A DNA stretch of 64,000 nucleotides from Deinococcales bacterium. Lineage in GTDB: Bacteria > Deinococcota > Deinococci > Deinococcales > JAAFIG01. The stretch covers positions 241,220 to 305,219 of the forward strand of contig JANNVX010000088.1 of the NCBI GenBank assembly GCA_031414595.1. The letters run 5' to 3'. Below, one piece after another: positions 39,652 to 48,638 of this stretch. The translations under genes and the position numbers were made by a program. Every line of letters begins with the position of its first letter. The stretch's first letter is position 1. Below the pieces are notes generated by a model, which worked only from the letters and a program-made list of their open reading frames with translations, searched no databases and was not told the DNA's origin.

Positions 39652-40452
39652 ATGTATGTAACTGCCAAAAATTTCTACCCACAGATACTACAAACCTTTG
39701 ACCGTAAGTCTAATCAACTTGTTTGGACAGAAGGATTACAGTTTTATGATGGAAAGCTCTATGAAAGCTCTGGACTTGGAACAATCGAATCTTGCTCGAG
39801 CTTGCAACAACTCGAGTTTGACGAATCAACAATGGAAGTTATTATGCGTCAGCATTTTGATTTACCAAAACCTATTTTTGCCGAAGGATTGACCAGAATT
39901 GACAAAACGCTCTTTCAATTGGTCAAGGATAACAGTAGCGTGTTGACTTATAGCCTCGAACCGTTCAAACAAACAAGTGTTCGATTGGGTGCAACCCCTG
40001 GCGTCGAACGTCGCTGGGGGTTATGTTTTGACCCAAAGAAAATGGTTTTGTACCTGAGTGATGGTACGTGTGTCTTAACACTTTACGCTCAAAGTCAATC
40101 TGCACAAATGTCGTTTGACCAACCCATTGGGTTGCTCGAGGTGACACTCAATGGCGAACCAGTTGGTTTTCTGAATAGTTTGGAATTCGCAAACGGTTTT
40201 ATTTACGCTTCTGAAACAGCAAATTGGGCGCAAAGTAATCGCATTCTAAAGATTGATCCAAATACGGGTACTGTGGTTGCTGATATTGATGCTCAGAACC
40301 TTCGCAATCAACTTCATTCAGACAAAGCTGAAGACTTAAATGGCGTTGCATACGCATATAGCCTGCTTGAGGATAACGTAGAAGTATTTTTCGTAACTGG
40401 TAAATTTTGGTCAAAAATTTTTAAGGTTATATTTGTTCCAAAAGAATCATAA
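39652..40452 (+). CDS. Glutaminyl-peptide cyclotransferase (type I QC) homologue
   Basis: TEGL...LYESSG, FAEGLT, WGLC, SDG, LNSLEF, LNGVAY, VTGKFW. Confidence 0.85.
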   Translation: MYVTAKNFYPQILQTFDRKSNQLVWTEGLQFYDGKLYESSGLGTIESCSSLQQLEFDESTMEVIMRQHFDLPKPIFAEGLTRIDKTLFQLVKDNSSVLTYSLEPFKQTSVRLGATPGVERRWGLCFDPKKMVLYLSDGTCVLTLYAQSQSAQMSFDQPIGLLEVTLNGEPVGFLNSLEFANGFIYASETANWAQSNRILKIDPNTGTVVADIDAQNLRNQLHSDKAEDLNGVAYAYSLLEDNVEVFFVTGKFWSKIFKVIFVPKES

Positions 40453-43401
40453 AGACATTGGATTCTCTAGAATTCCCATAATCGCATTGTGCAATTCCAG
40501 ATCAAGATTGAACTCTATTGGTGGCGATAACTCGGGCGATTCTTCGAGCAAAATATTTGCTTCACGTCTTGAGCTTTCATCTGTTGATGGATGATGATTG
40601 ACAATATGCAAGAATTCGCTTGCTTGGCTAGTATTTCCAAGTTTGATATGCAATTCACTTAATCCAACTAAATTTTGCATAACAATCGGTAATTCATGGA
40701 CGCTCCAAGCAATTTTGAGACTCTTTTGAAAGTATTGAATGGCTTCGGGTATCATTTTTTTTGCTATTGAAACTCTCCCAAGTATCATGAAAGAAGTGGC
40801 TCTGACAGTGGAGTTTGAGAGTTGTTCATTGGTGGTCAGCGCTTCGAGACAAAAATCTCGAGCTTTTTCGTATTCTTTGGTTTTAAGTGTTAAATTCCCT
40901 AAGTTATTCAGTAAGAAAGAAATAGCTTGAGTATATTTAATCTCTTGCGCCAATTCTAAGCCATTAGTTAAATATTTTCTAGCTTGTGAAAAATCTGCTA
41001 AATTCATTTTAAGTAATCCAAGATTGTTGTAAATAATCACACAACCAAATTGATTATTTAATATTTTGTGAATTTCAAGCGCATCAAAATAATGCTCTTG
41101 AGCCTTTTGAATTAATCCTAGGTTATTTTCAATATCACCAATTCTACTTAAATAATTGGCTATTGCATCTTGATGCTTTAAGCTCTTTGCCAACATTAAA
41201 GCTTTTTCAACGTTTTCAAGTGCCTTCTGATTATCTCCTATTTGCTCTGCTATCATTGAAAGTGTGTTTAACGCTTTCATCAACCAACCACCATGCTTAT
41301 TATTATCCTCGAGCGGTTGCAACAACTGCACAGCGCGTTCAGCCAATGCCATGTCGTACCGCCCAATTCGGTGTCCTAACCATGCGATTTCATAACTCGC
41401 TTTGCCTAGGACAGCATTGGCATTTGTCGTGGCTGTTTCTAAAGCTGTAACTGCTGCTTCAAACAATTCTATTCCTTCGGCGCATCTGGCTTTGCGGTCA
41501 AAAAACACCACCAGGTCGGTTGAGCGCTCGAGTTGCAAATAATCTTTTTGCGAGGCAGCAAAGTACCAAGCCGAACGGATGTTCTCGAGGTCTGATTCGA
41601 TTTGGCTTAAATACTGCTGGTCGGTGCTGCCACCCATTGGGCGCTGCTCGATAAAAGCAAAGTAATAATCGCTGTGCTTGGTTTGTTGGGCTTGTTGTAA
41701 TTCTGGTTCGGAGCGCAATTTCTCAAAACTCAGTTCTTGGATCATCGCATGGCGCTCGAAGCGTCCGTTGCTACCGCGTTGCAATAAACTTTTGTTACAC
41801 AGTCGCAACAGCGTCTGCACGCTGATTGTGGCAATGCTTTCGGCGGCTTCTTTGGTAAAACCATTTTGAAACACCGAGAGTTTTTGTAAGGCATTTTGTT
41901 CGGTCTGGTTGAGTTGCCGCCAAGTGTATTCAAACACCGCTCGCAGACTGCGGTGACGCTCGGGCAGTTCGGCTTGGGTGCTTTCTAAAAATCCCAGTCC
42001 TTGCTTTAATTGTGCCACAATTTCTTCTAAACTCAGCACTCGAGTCCAATGGCTGGCAAGTTCTAAAGCCAGTGGTAAACCGCCCAAAAACTGGCAAATC
42101 TGAACCATAAAGTCGTGCTGGGCTGCTTCTAAGCTAAAGCGTGAATTGGTTTTCTTGGCACTGCGAACAAAAAGTTGTACCGCATCAAACATTTCAAAAT
42201 TCGGGGTGTTGGCAGTTGGGACTGCCATGCCAAAGACATCCAGTAAATACTCGTTTTGCCTGTCCAGCACCTCACGGGATGTCACCAGCATTTTGAGTTT
42301 CGGGCAGTCATGCAGCAACTCGAGCAGCAGATCCGTGCCATCCAGCAGATGCTCGAGGTTATCGGCAACCAGCAGCATTTCTTGGTCTTGCAAATGCGTT
42401 TTTAATTTCTCCAAAGCGGTTTCGGGGTTGGTCAGTGGCAACTCCAAGACGGCAAACAGCGCAGGTAAAATTTGCACTGCACTCGAGAGGTTAGCAAGGG
42501 CAATAAAAGTTGCACCATCTTCAAACCGACCCGCCATTTGAAAAGCAGTTTGGATTGCCAAACGGGTTTTGCCAATGCCACCCTGCCCAACCAGTGTTAA
42601 AAGCCGAATATCTGGCGATAAGAGCTTGGTTTGGATTTCCTCGAGTTCGCGCTCACGTCCAATAAAAGCTGTGTTAATTGCAGTAAAACCACGCAACTTG
42701 GCAATTGGCTCGAGGTCCAAAGGTGTATTTTTGAGTTGCTGATACAACAGCCGTGTGGACTCGAGCGGTTGTAAACCCATTTCTTGTTTCAGTAAACGAT
42801 TGAAGGTTTCAAAGGCAGCCAACGCCGAACTTTGTGTGCTTTTTTGACGGCTGGCAAAACGCAAAAAGGCTTGCAGCACATCCTCGGCTAACGGCTCGAG
42901 GCGCAACGCTTGTCCGAAAACCGCCGTTGTTTGGGCAATCTGCGAACTGGCTTCGAGTTGAGTGGTGAACGCCAGCGTTGCTTCTTTGAACGAATTTTTG
43001 AGGGTTTCTTGTTCGACCTCAAGCCAAGTTATAAATTCTGGCAAATCTAAACTAAACCGCTCGAGCAGCAAACCCGTGTACCATTGTACGGCGCTTTGCC
43101 AATCAGCTGCCGCAAAAGCACGGTTAAACTCAAGGACATCAGAATTAACTGCCCAGCGCACCAGATTGTCATTCGTCTCGAGTTTAGCAAAATCAAGCTC
43201 ACGCACCCTTGAGAGCAGATGCCGTAAGTTCTTGCGGCTATCTTGTGAATCTGCAAAAAAAATCAGTGCCAAATGGTCCCTGGAAACCCAATCGGTTTGC
43301 AATGCCAAGTACGTCAGCAAAGCAAAACGCTTATCGGAAAGGAAAACAACACTTTGCGACTCGAGTGTTGCTTTAGCGACTCCGAACAGATGCAAAAACA
43401 T
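40447..43401 (-). CDS. SARP/BTAD-NB-ARC-TPR transcriptional regulator (AfsR-like STAND)
   Basis: wHTH/BTAD paralogous to 31496-34387; FIGR, GQGGIGKT, LLVADNLEH, GLPLALELA; canonical TPR array. Confidence 0.93.
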   Translation of the reverse strand: MFLHLFGVAKATLESQSVVFLSDKRFALLTYLALQTDWVSRDHLALIFFADSQDSRKNLRHLLSRVRELDFAKLETNDNLVRWAVNSDVLEFNRAFAAADWQSAVQWYTGLLLERFSLDLPEFITWLEVEQETLKNSFKEATLAFTTQLEASSQIAQTTAVFGQALRLEPLAEDVLQAFLRFASRQKSTQSSALAAFETFNRLLKQEMGLQPLESTRLLYQQLKNTPLDLEPIAKLRGFTAINTAFIGRERELEEIQTKLLSPDIRLLTLVGQGGIGKTRLAIQTAFQMAGRFEDGATFIALANLSSAVQILPALFAVLELPLTNPETALEKLKTHLQDQEMLLVADNLEHLLDGTDLLLELLHDCPKLKMLVTSREVLDRQNEYLLDVFGMAVPTANTPNFEMFDAVQLFVRSAKKTNSRFSLEAAQHDFMVQICQFLGGLPLALELASHWTRVLSLEEIVAQLKQGLGFLESTQAELPERHRSLRAVFEYTWRQLNQTEQNALQKLSVFQNGFTKEAAESIATISVQTLLRLCNKSLLQRGSNGRFERHAMIQELSFEKLRSEPELQQAQQTKHSDYYFAFIEQRPMGGSTDQQYLSQIESDLENIRSAWYFAASQKDYLQLERSTDLVVFFDRKARCAEGIELFEAAVTALETATTNANAVLGKASYEIAWLGHRIGRYDMALAERAVQLLQPLEDNNKHGGWLMKALNTLSMIAEQIGDNQKALENVEKALMLAKSLKHQDAIANYLSRIGDIENNLGLIQKAQEHYFDALEIHKILNNQFGCVIIYNNLGLLKMNLADFSQARKYLTNGLELAQEIKYTQAISFLLNNLGNLTLKTKEYEKARDFCLEALTTNEQLSNSTVRATSFMILGRVSIAKKMIPEAIQYFQKSLKIAWSVHELPIVMQNLVGLSELHIKLGNTSQASEFLHIVNHHPSTDESSRREANILLEESPELSPPIEFNLDLELHNAIMGILENPMSL

Positions 43402-43426
43402 TGGTAGAAACCATTTTAACAGCTTT

Positions 43427-43499
43427 TGGTGCAGGTTTCCCATGCGACGCTGGTGCAGGTTTCCCATGCGACGCTGGTGCGACGCTCGAGACTTATACT
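43427..43499 (+). promoter_or_regulatory. SARP-type operator/promoter, copy 3, with a 24-bp tandem duplication
   Basis: TGGTGCAGGTTTCCCATGCGACGC x2 (43427-43474), TGCGACGC at 43478, TATACT at 43494. Confidence 0.8.
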
Positions 43500-43521
43500 T
43501 AAAAATGCAAAGGAGCAAACA

Positions 43522-43935
43522 ATGAAAGATTCACCCAGCCTCGAGATTGCCATAGCCCAAAGCCATGCCGCACTTAGTGCAATCCTAACGGGCGACCCAA
43601 CATTGTTCCAATCCTTGTATTCCAAATCAGAGGATATTACCCTCGGCAATCCTTTTGGACCATTTGCTCGAGGTCAACAAGAAGTCAGGACAAGGCTGGC
43701 TGGTGCAGCCGCCAATTACCGAGATGGCAAAGTAACTGAGGTTGAACGCTTTGCCAATTACATTTCGAGCGATTTTGCTTGTGTTGTTGAAGTTGAACGC
43801 AGTCAAGCCAAAGTTGGCGGTAGCGCAGAACTGGTTTCAATCGCTGTTCGTGTGACCAGTGTTTTTACTAATGGCTGGAAGCTGGTGCATCGGCACGCTG
43901 ACCCAATCACAACACCTGTCCAGCATCATCGGTGA
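43522..43935 (+). CDS. SnoaL / NTF2-like (DUF4440-type) protein
   Basis: TLGNPFG...G, RVTSVF..GWKLVHRHADP; AGGAG RBS. Confidence 0.85.
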   Translation: MKDSPSLEIAIAQSHAALSAILTGDPTLFQSLYSKSEDITLGNPFGPFARGQQEVRTRLAGAAANYRDGKVTEVERFANYISSDFACVVEVERSQAKVGGSAELVSIAVRVTSVFTNGWKLVHRHADPITTPVQHHR

Positions 43936-43954
43936 TAAGCCTTTAGGAGAATTT

Positions 43955-45193
43955 ATGTCCGAACCTACATCCGTTGCTGCCGAACGTAAATACGATCTCT
44001 ACAGCCAAACCACCAAAGACAATCCGTATCCAGTCTTTGCTCAGATGCGCCGCGAGAACCCTGTGTATTCGCAACTTGGGCTTAATGGCGAAACCAAAAT
44101 TTGGTTTGTGACCCGTTATGAAGATGTTCAGTACATTCTCCATCACGACGAACTTTTTGTCCGAGATGCCAAAAACGCCTTGCCCACCGATAAAGTGCCG
44201 CAGCCCAGCCCCCTCGAGGCACTGATGTTCAATCATATGCTGAACAAAGATGGCGACGAACACCGCCGTTTACGCACGTTGGTTAGTCAGGCATTCACCC
44301 CGTCTCGAGTGCGTGATTTGCGTCCTCGAGTCCAAGCGATAAGCGATGAACTGATTGCAGCCGTTCAAGCCAAAGGGCAGATGGATTTAATTACCGATTA
44401 TGCTTTTCAACTCCCCACCATTGTGATTTCTGAAATGCTGGGTATTCCCACCCAAGACCGTGAACATTTTAAGCAGTGGACTGAAGCCACCATCGCGCCT
44501 GCCTTAACCCCAGAAGCCCAAGCTAAGGCAGGAGCATTGATTCAAGAATTTGCGGCATACTTGGGCGAATTGTTTGCGGCACGGCGTAAACAGCCACAAA
44601 ACGATTTGATTTCGGCATTGCTCCAAGCAGAGGAAGCTGGCAATCAGCTTTCCGAGTCCGAACTGTATAGCACGGTTGTTTTGCTGATTATTGCTGGGCA
44701 TGAAACCACGGTCAACCTGATTGGCAATTCGACTCTGGCACTCTTGCGTTTCCCCGAAGCTCGAGCAACCTTGCAACAGCATCCCGAAAAAATGGCTGGC
44801 GCATTGGATGAGTTTTTGCGTTACGACAGCCCTGTGGAACGGTCATTCTCGAGGTGGGCGGCTACGGACACCGAACTCGGCGGGCAGCAAATCAAACAAG
44901 GAGATTTGGTCATGGGAATTCTTGGGGCAGCCAATCACGACCCAGAGAAGTTCCCTAACCCAGAAGTGCTTGACTTATCAAAGGATGCAAAACGGCAATT
45001 GGCTTTTGGGCATGGAATGCACTTTTGTCTTGGAATGCCACTGGCTCGGCTCGAGGGTGAAATCGCCCTGAATTCGTTGTTGCAAAACCTGCCGAATTTG
45101 CGGCTTGGAATCGGCGAAGAAGAACTGACTTGGCGTACAGTCCCAATGTTTCGTGGGGTCAAACAATTCCCAGTGGTGTGGGACAACCTGTGA
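43955..45193 (+). CDS. Cytochrome P450 (CYP107-like)
   Basis: HRRLR, AGHETT, EFLR, FGHGMHFCLG. Confidence 0.95.
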   Translation: MSEPTSVAAERKYDLYSQTTKDNPYPVFAQMRRENPVYSQLGLNGETKIWFVTRYEDVQYILHHDELFVRDAKNALPTDKVPQPSPLEALMFNHMLNKDGDEHRRLRTLVSQAFTPSRVRDLRPRVQAISDELIAAVQAKGQMDLITDYAFQLPTIVISEMLGIPTQDREHFKQWTEATIAPALTPEAQAKAGALIQEFAAYLGELFAARRKQPQNDLISALLQAEEAGNQLSESELYSTVVLLIIAGHETTVNLIGNSTLALLRFPEARATLQQHPEKMAGALDEFLRYDSPVERSFSRWAATDTELGGQQIKQGDLVMGILGAANHDPEKFPNPEVLDLSKDAKRQLAFGHGMHFCLGMPLARLEGEIALNSLLQNLPNLRLGIGEEELTWRTVPMFRGVKQFPVVWDNL

Positions 45194-45717
45194 AACCAAT
45201 TTTTTTAATTATGGGAACACCTGCTTCGGGCAAAAGTACAGTTGCCAAAGCCTTAATGCAGCGCTTTGCACAAGGCGTGCATATTCCCGTGGATAACCTA
45301 CGCCAAATGGTTGTGTCTGGCTTGTCCGACATGGCTTTGGAAGTTCCACCTGCCACCCTTGAGCAGTTGCGTTTGGCTCGAGAAACCGCTTCGAGCATGG
45401 CACGGATTTATTCGGATAACGAATTTACAGTTGCCATAGATGATTTTTGGTACAGCGAAAAACCCGACCAAGTGTACAGCCAAAAAATTGGACAACGCAT
45501 CACACGGATTTTATTGCTCCCGAACCTCGAGACGACAGTGCAGCGCTTATACTCGAGAAACCCAGAGGAAGGTAGCTTTAAGAAAATACTCGAGCAAGCC
45601 ATTGGGTATTTGTACACCCAAATCGAAGTGCATCCAAAAACAAATTGGTTGGTGATTGACTCGAGTGATTTAAGTATAGAAGAAACTGTGGATAAAATTC
45701 TTGCAGGATGGACATAA
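45190..45717 (+). CDS. Small P-loop kinase (AAA_33-like)
   Basis: GTPASGKST, D.LR, IDSSDLSIEETV; GTGA overlap with the P450 gene. Confidence 0.85.
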   Translation: MKPIFLIMGTPASGKSTVAKALMQRFAQGVHIPVDNLRQMVVSGLSDMALEVPPATLEQLRLARETASSMARIYSDNEFTVAIDDFWYSEKPDQVYSQKIGQRITRILLLPNLETTVQRLYSRNPEEGSFKKILEQAIGYLYTQIEVHPKTNWLVIDSSDLSIEETVDKILAGWT

Positions 45718-45834
45718 CACCAGAGGAATTGAAAGCCCAAATGGAGAGCGCTGGCATGACTCGGTTGTACTAAACGTACTTGGTGGAAATAAAAATTTGG
45801 TATATACTTTTGGTAATATCATCAGGAGGTTTCT

Positions 45835-46071
45835 ATGATTGCCACAGCCAAGCTATTTAAGAACGGACGCAGCCAAGCAGTGCGCTTACCTAAAGAATTT
45901 CGTTTTGAAGGCACAGAAGTGCAAATCGAAAAAGTCGGTGATAGCATTGTTTTAACCCCTAAAAAGAAAAAATGGGACAATCTGCTGGCTGCCCTCGAGA
46001 TGTTTGAAGGAGAAATTGAACGAAATCAACCACCTGCCCAAGAACGAGATTGGGGTGAATTGTGGAAATAG
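45835..46071 (+). CDS. vapB: VapB antitoxin (AbrB/MazE fold, VagC-like)
   Basis: AKLFKNGRSQAVRLPKEFRF. Confidence 0.93.
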   Translation: MIATAKLFKNGRSQAVRLPKEFRFEGTEVQIEKVGDSIVLTPKKKKWDNLLAALEMFEGEIERNQPPAQERDWGELWK

Positions 46072-46469
46072 AGTGGATGCTCGATACCAATATCTGTATT
46101 TACCTAATCAACAACAAACCCAAAAAAGTCAGGCAAATTCTCGAGCAGCACGATAATAATCAAATCACACTTTCTAGTCTTGTCGTTTTTGAATTGCAAT
46201 ATGGTGTAGATAAAAGTGTGTCCAAAGCAAAGAATGGATTGGCACTCGAGATTTTTCTGCGTGATTTTGAAATAAAAACTTTTTCGGGAATCGCTGCAAC
46301 GCGAGCCGCAAGCATTCGCGCTGAACTTGAAAGCAAAGGTACTCCAATTGGGGCTTACGATTACTTGATTGCGGCTCATGCCCTCGAGCTAAATGCAACA
46401 CTTGTCACCAATAACATCAAAGAATTTGAGCGCATCGAAGGCTTAAAGCTCGAGAACTGGTTCGCTTAG
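46062..46469 (+). CDS. vapC: VapC PIN-domain toxin
   Basis: MLDTNICI, EL.YG, PIGAYD.LIAAHA, LVTNN.KEF.RI.GL..ENW. Confidence 0.93.
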   Translation: MEIEWMLDTNICIYLINNKPKKVRQILEQHDNNQITLSSLVVFELQYGVDKSVSKAKNGLALEIFLRDFEIKTFSGIAATRAASIRAELESKGTPIGAYDYLIAAHALELNATLVTNNIKEFERIEGLKLENWFA

Positions 46470-46513
46470 TTTTTCATAACCTCGAGATTCCACAAACTGA
46501 GGTAAGCATGAAT

Positions 46514-47812
46514 TCATTTCGGAGCGTCATTCTTGATTAGTGGCAACCAAATTTGAACTTCAAGTCCAGTTGGCAAATTGTTTTTAAGTTCTAAATGCCC
46601 GTTGTGAACTCGTACAATTTGTTCAACCACACTTAATCCCAGTCCACTGCCTGCCACTCGAGTATTCGGAGCGCGGTAAAAGGCTTGAGTGGCTCGAGCC
46701 ATAGCTTGTTCGGGTAAGCCCTTGCCCTCGTCACGTACACAAAGTAGCGCGTGTGGCGTTTGAATGGTTAGGCGGATGCTGACGTTACTTTGTGGGGCGT
46801 ATTTTTCGGCGTTCTCGAGTAGATTTTTTATGGTTTGACGGATTAAAATTGGGTCGGCTGGTAAAAATAATTGTTTTTCTCCTGAGTATTCAACTTTTGC
46901 CTCGAGTGCCATTGTGCTTGCTAAAGCAGCCAAGTCAAGCTGAATCAAATCGGCTCGTCCTCCTCGAGCTAATGTTAGTAGCGATTCGGTTAAGCGAGTC
47001 ATGCGTTCGACTTCAAGATTTACCACTTCGAGTGTTTCTGCGGCATTGCTTAAACCTTCTTGATAAGCACTTAATTGCAGTTTTAAGGCTGTTAATGGTG
47101 TGCGTAATTCATGCGAAGCATTGCGGGTAAATAAGGTTTCTCGGATTAAAAATTCGCTTAAGCGCTTGAGCATTTCGTTAAAGGTTTGGCTTAGGTCGCC
47201 GAGTTCATCTCGAGTTGTGGTTGGCACACGTAAACTCAAATCACCTGAATTGGCGACTTGTCGAGCCGTTTGGGTCAGTATCCGCAATGGACGCAGTGCC
47301 AGTCCTGTCAACCACCATGCCATCCACGCTCCAAATACTGAAACCAGTAAAATGGTCATGCCAACGCTTTGGCGGTAATTGCCAAGGCTCGAGCGAACAC
47401 TTTGTTCGGATATAGCGGCTTGTAGGTATTTGCCTGATGCTAATTGTTGGCTGCGAATCCGCCATGTTTCAAGGCTCTGGATTTGAGGCTCAAGTAGCTG
47501 AGAATCTGGCAGTGGAATGCCTGTTGGGAATACTGCCCATACTCGAATCACAAGTCCATTTTGGATGAGTCTGGCACTCCCTAAGGGGTTAAATGGTGGT
47601 TGTGCAGGTGGTGGCTTAGTAGGGTCTGGCGGTGGGCGGGGTTGTTGGCGGTTGTATTCAGATAGGGTCTGACCAAAATACGCCCCTAAGTCATGGTCAA
47701 GACTGGTATACAAGGCTTGTTGAAACCTAAAGTAACTAAAAATGCCTTGCAGTAGCAAAGCAATCGCAATTGCAATGGCGATTAGCAATGCCAAACGGGT
47801 TCGTAAAGTCAA
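46514..47812 (-). CDS. HAMP sensor histidine kinase
   Basis: ASHELRTPL, NLLENAEKY, DEG.G, GSGLGL. Confidence 0.92.
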   Translation of the reverse strand: MTLRTRLALLIAIAIAIALLLQGIFSYFRFQQALYTSLDHDLGAYFGQTLSEYNRQQPRPPPDPTKPPPAQPPFNPLGSARLIQNGLVIRVWAVFPTGIPLPDSQLLEPQIQSLETWRIRSQQLASGKYLQAAISEQSVRSSLGNYRQSVGMTILLVSVFGAWMAWWLTGLALRPLRILTQTARQVANSGDLSLRVPTTTRDELGDLSQTFNEMLKRLSEFLIRETLFTRNASHELRTPLTALKLQLSAYQEGLSNAAETLEVVNLEVERMTRLTESLLTLARGGRADLIQLDLAALASTMALEAKVEYSGEKQLFLPADPILIRQTIKNLLENAEKYAPQSNVSIRLTIQTPHALLCVRDEGKGLPEQAMARATQAFYRAPNTRVAGSGLGLSVVEQIVRVHNGHLELKNNLPTGLEVQIWLPLIKNDAPK

Positions 47813-48474
47813 AGTAACTCCAGTCCGAAACGATACCCACCTGGTACGGTTTTGATTACACTCGAGTCGAGTTTGCTTCGTAGGTAATGAACATACACCT
47901 TGACCACACCAACGCTGCTGGCTTCGTCACCCCAAATTGCATCGGTCAGTTCTTCGGCACTAAAAATTCGTTGTGGAGTACGAACAAATCGTTCTAAAAG
48001 CGCAAATTCTCGGGTGCTTAAATCCACAACTTGATTTTGCCAAAACACCATTCGTTGCGCCCAGTCTAACTCGAGCCAACCTGCTTTTATTCGATTGGTT
48101 TTTAAGTCGCTTGTGCGCCTGAGTAATGCCCGTACTCGAGCCATCAATTCTGGTAGGTCAAATGGTTTAATCACATAATCATCTGCGCCATCATCCAAGC
48201 CTTGCACCCGATCTTTTGATGTGTCCCGAGCCGTTAAAAACAGAATTAAGCCCTTATAGCCAGCTACTCGAGCTTCTTTTGCCAATATAAAGCCACCATC
48301 TTCACTTTCGGGTAAACGCACATCCAAAAGCATTAAATCGGGTTCGGCTTCGGTTAGTAAAGTTCGGGCAGACTCGAGGTCAGGGGCATAACGTACTTCG
48401 TGACCCAATGCCCTAAGTGCCAATAGGATTGGACGAGCAATGTTGATTTCATCTTCGACTAGCAATAACCGCAT
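47809..48474 (-). CDS. OmpR-family response regulator
   Basis: LLVEDE, LLDVRLP, GADDYVIKPF, VYVHYLRSKL. Confidence 0.93.
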   Translation of the reverse strand: MRLLLVEDEINIARPILLALRALGHEVRYAPDLESARTLLTEAEPDLMLLDVRLPESEDGGFILAKEARVAGYKGLILFLTARDTSKDRVQGLDDGADDYVIKPFDLPELMARVRALLRRTSDLKTNRIKAGWLELDWAQRMVFWQNQVVDLSTREFALLERFVRTPQRIFSAEELTDAIWGDEASSVGVVKVYVHYLRSKLDSSVIKTVPGGYRFGLELL

Positions 48475-48494
48475 AAACAGTTCTACTACAAATT

Positions 48495-48536
48495 GGTTAT
48501 GGCAGGGTTAAGAAAACCTCTAACCCTGCCATAACC
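48495..48536. promoter_or_regulatory. Perfect 16-bp inverted repeat made of OmpR-like direct repeats
   Basis: GGTTATGGCAGGGTTA-N10-TAACCCTGCCATAACC between the divergent response regulator and YHYH genes. Confidence 0.7.
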
Positions 48537-48638
48537 ACGTACTCCAATACTGGCAACTCAAGAAGGAGATACTTCCAAATCCCTATCCCATACTCACCAT
48601 GAGCCTCGAGTATCAAACAAAAATTGTAAGGAGAAATT

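Noticed and set aside
43427-43499. 24-bp repeats as a mini CRISPR array
   Set aside because: The repeats are tandem with no unique spacers, there are no cas genes, and they sit at fixed spacing to a -10 box
43402-43518. N-terminal extension of the STAND ORF with repeated HQRRMGNL (likewise 34388-34486, 34412-34543 and 43426-43521)
   Set aside because: These are translations of the operator repeats; paralogue alignment and RBS/-10 positions place the starts at 43401, 34387, 34544 and 43522
45708-45773. 21-aa ORF MDITPEELKAQMESAGMTRLY
   Set aside because: Protein-like and possibly a C-terminal remnant, but it has no properly spaced RBS and no recognisable family
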